Part shown: positions 62,380-64,000 of the stretch, one piece after another
How the letters are laid out: each line of letters opens with the position of its first letter
Position numbering within the stretch: the first letter of the stretch is position 1
Source: a virus
Taxonomy: Duplodnaviria; Caudoviricetes
Direction: 5' to 3' (one strand)
Virus record (IMG/VR): IMGVR_UViG_3300043434_000734
Coordinates: 96,001 to 160,000 of that record
DNA length: 64,000 bases
The notes under the pieces: model-generated
What the model was told of the DNA's origin: nothing
The model's database searches: none
The model's input: the letters and a program-made list of their open reading frames with translations, nothing else
Position numbers and translations under genes: made by a program

Positions 62380-63606
62380 TTATTGTTTAAATGGGTCGAT
62401 AATTTGTTCTTTACCTGCACTATCTAATTGATTAGGTTTATTTGGTGATATTTTATTTTTTAATGTTTGAGTCAAACTATCAACTTTAGGTTGATATTCT
62501 TGGTTTAAAGAATCTAATTTAGGTGAGATTTTTTTTATTAAAGTGTCTGCTTTATTTTTGATATATTCTTTAGTCTTCTGTACATTAGTTTTATCATTTT
62601 TCTTATTTTTAATAAAAATCGCATATCGAACAATACTGTCTAATGTTAATCCTATGTAAATAAAAAGAGCATATGGGTTAAGTGACACTATCACCTTTCC
62701 AATATATTGTGCGGCCGCCTTAACCCCAAAAGTTGTGTAACCATCTGCACCCAATGGTCCCTTAAAAGGACCATCTTCACCAGATGCCCTTACAAGGTCC
62801 AACGCACCACTAATAGTCGTTGACCCAATAATAACCATACTGGTGTATTTTGAATCTTTTATATTACGAAGAAAATCAACAATTCCATCATTTAATCTGT
62901 TAATTATTTTTTGTGATAAATTTTTTTCTTCTCCTAATTTTTTCATATTATCCCTTACCTTGACTAACATTTCTTTCTGTTCTGTTGGTGATAGTCTGTC
63001 ATATGATTTTTTTAGATTATTTAGGTGAATTTCAAATTTAGGTGATATTTTTGCAATTTCTTTCTGTACTGCTGAACGTACTTCAAGAATAAATAATTTA
63101 CGGTCAGTTGGTCGAAACTTTTTTAAAAGTCCAAAATTTTTCATTTCATCACCAAAAAACGACCATAATTCATCAATATTCTGTGTAAGTGGAGTGACTC
63201 TTGGAGTTTTCGGTATTTTTAAATTTACCACGTCGTTAGCAAATGCGTTTTTAATACCTAATCTATTTGCAATGTTGGCTTTAGCTTGTTTTATTCCCTG
63301 TGTGGTTGTTAAATCTGATACTCTTAATATTAACTCAATTTCCCTTTCTTTATTTGCAATTATTGATTTAGCAATAATCTGTCTATATTCCTTAAACTCG
63401 ACCCTTAGTAACGCTTTTGATATTTCCTCGTCGGTGGCTCTAGTGAGTTGTCTAACTGACGGATTAATTTTTTGAACCGCACTTAAAAGTGCCCCGTTTG
63501 CCTCACCAACACCCTTTCCCGCAGCTCTTAATGCAAATTCAAAGGCGGCTAAGGGACCTTTTATTGCTTCGTTTAACACCTCACTGTGAATTTCCTCTAA
63601 TTTCAT
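62380..63606 (-). CDS. Hypothetical protein with hydrophobic segments
   Basis: 408 aa; N-terminal VLNEA. Confidence 0.75.
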   Translation of the reverse strand: MKLEEIHSEVLNEAIKGPLAAFEFALRAAGKGVGEANGALLSAVQKINPSVRQLTRATDEEISKALLRVEFKEYRQIIAKSIIANKEREIELILRVSDLTTTQGIKQAKANIANRLGIKNAFANDVVNLKIPKTPRVTPLTQNIDELWSFFGDEMKNFGLLKKFRPTDRKLFILEVRSAVQKEIAKISPKFEIHLNNLKKSYDRLSPTEQKEMLVKVRDNMKKLGEEKNLSQKIINRLNDGIVDFLRNIKDSKYTSMVIIGSTTISGALDLVRASGEDGPFKGPLGADGYTTFGVKAAAQYIGKVIVSLNPYALFIYIGLTLDSIVRYAIFIKNKKNDKTNVQKTKEYIKNKADTLIKKISPKLDSLNQEYQPKVDSLTQTLKNKISPNKPNQLDSAGKEQIIDPFKQ

Positions 63607-63629
63607 AATAATAAATATTGTTTTAGTGA

Positions 63630-64000
63630 TTAATCTTCAAAATCCTCAGGTTTCGCAATTTTTTCGTTTGACCCTCTATTAATCATTTTATCTTCTTCTT
63701 TTTTTTCTTTATATTTAAGACCACCATACATCACAAAACCACTAGCCAGTATATCAAACCCAAATCTTTGTAAATTTAAATTTTTATAAAACGCGGCGGC
63801 AGATGCCTTAGGTAATTTACCACTTTTAAGTAAATTATTAATTTGAGTGGCAACTCTTAACGCTTCTTGTTTAGTTGCTACCTTACTCATTACAATCCCC
63901 TTAATTATATTATTTAATGTATTGGGGTCTTGTTTTAATACTTGCTGTACAATATATTGTTCTTGTTTAGTTAATTTTGATATTGCAGATAAAACCTGTT
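63630..64000 (-). CDS. 3' part of a gene truncated by the window edge
   Basis: Frame is open from 64000 through the ATG at 63890 to the stop at 63630. Confidence 0.7.
   Translation of the reverse strand, partial: QVLSAISKLTKQEQYIVQQVLKQDPNTLNNIIKGIVMSKVATKQEALRVATQINNLLKSGKLPKASAAAFYKNLNLQRFGFDILASGFVMYGGLKYKEKKEEDKMINRGSNEKIAKPEDFED

Noticed and set aside
1-64000. Stop-codon reassignment or suppressor tRNAs
   Set aside because: Core genes are full length in code 11, TAG and TGA end genes at operon junctions, and no CTA/TCA/TTA anticodon was found

Overview
Fragment of a large lytic dsDNA phage (AT-rich, standard code 11) with T4-like morphogenesis genes. The host is probably Bacteroidota, inferred from TAnnTTTG promoters, SD-less A-rich starts, lipoproteins, T9SS-CTD-like domains and phage bS21. 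Layout: (1) 0-17 kb: virion-associated and accessory genes (WYL protein, glycosyltransferases, dUTPase, PhoH, gp55-like sigma, gp5-like spike, flavoprotein, dCMP deaminase). (2) 17-31 kb: minus-strand head module (major capsid, scaffold, protease, portal, TerL) with an antisense-oriented rpsU that ends in a 32-bp palindrome shared with the convergent gene. (3) 31-37 kb: Hsp20/ClpC, an RNA-repair triad and two putative small RNAs. (4) 37-46.5 kb: an operon of exported and membrane proteins (two CsgG-like, two cohesin/dockerin-like, two T9SS-CTD-like lipoproteins, a beta-barrel). (5) 47.7-60 kb: an RNA-gene island with 26 canonical tRNAs covering all 20 amino acids, three oversized tRNA-like RNAs, several folded spacer RNAs, a GOLLD-like ~800-nt RNA and tmRNA. 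Strongest novelty candidates: leader-peptide attenuators in front of the tRNA arrays, a trans-antisense sRNA matching the start codon of the envelope operon, a 13-nt copy of the host 16S anti-SD tail, the giant tRNA-like RNAs, and the envelope operon itself. All family assignments are from motif recognition by eye; no searches were run.
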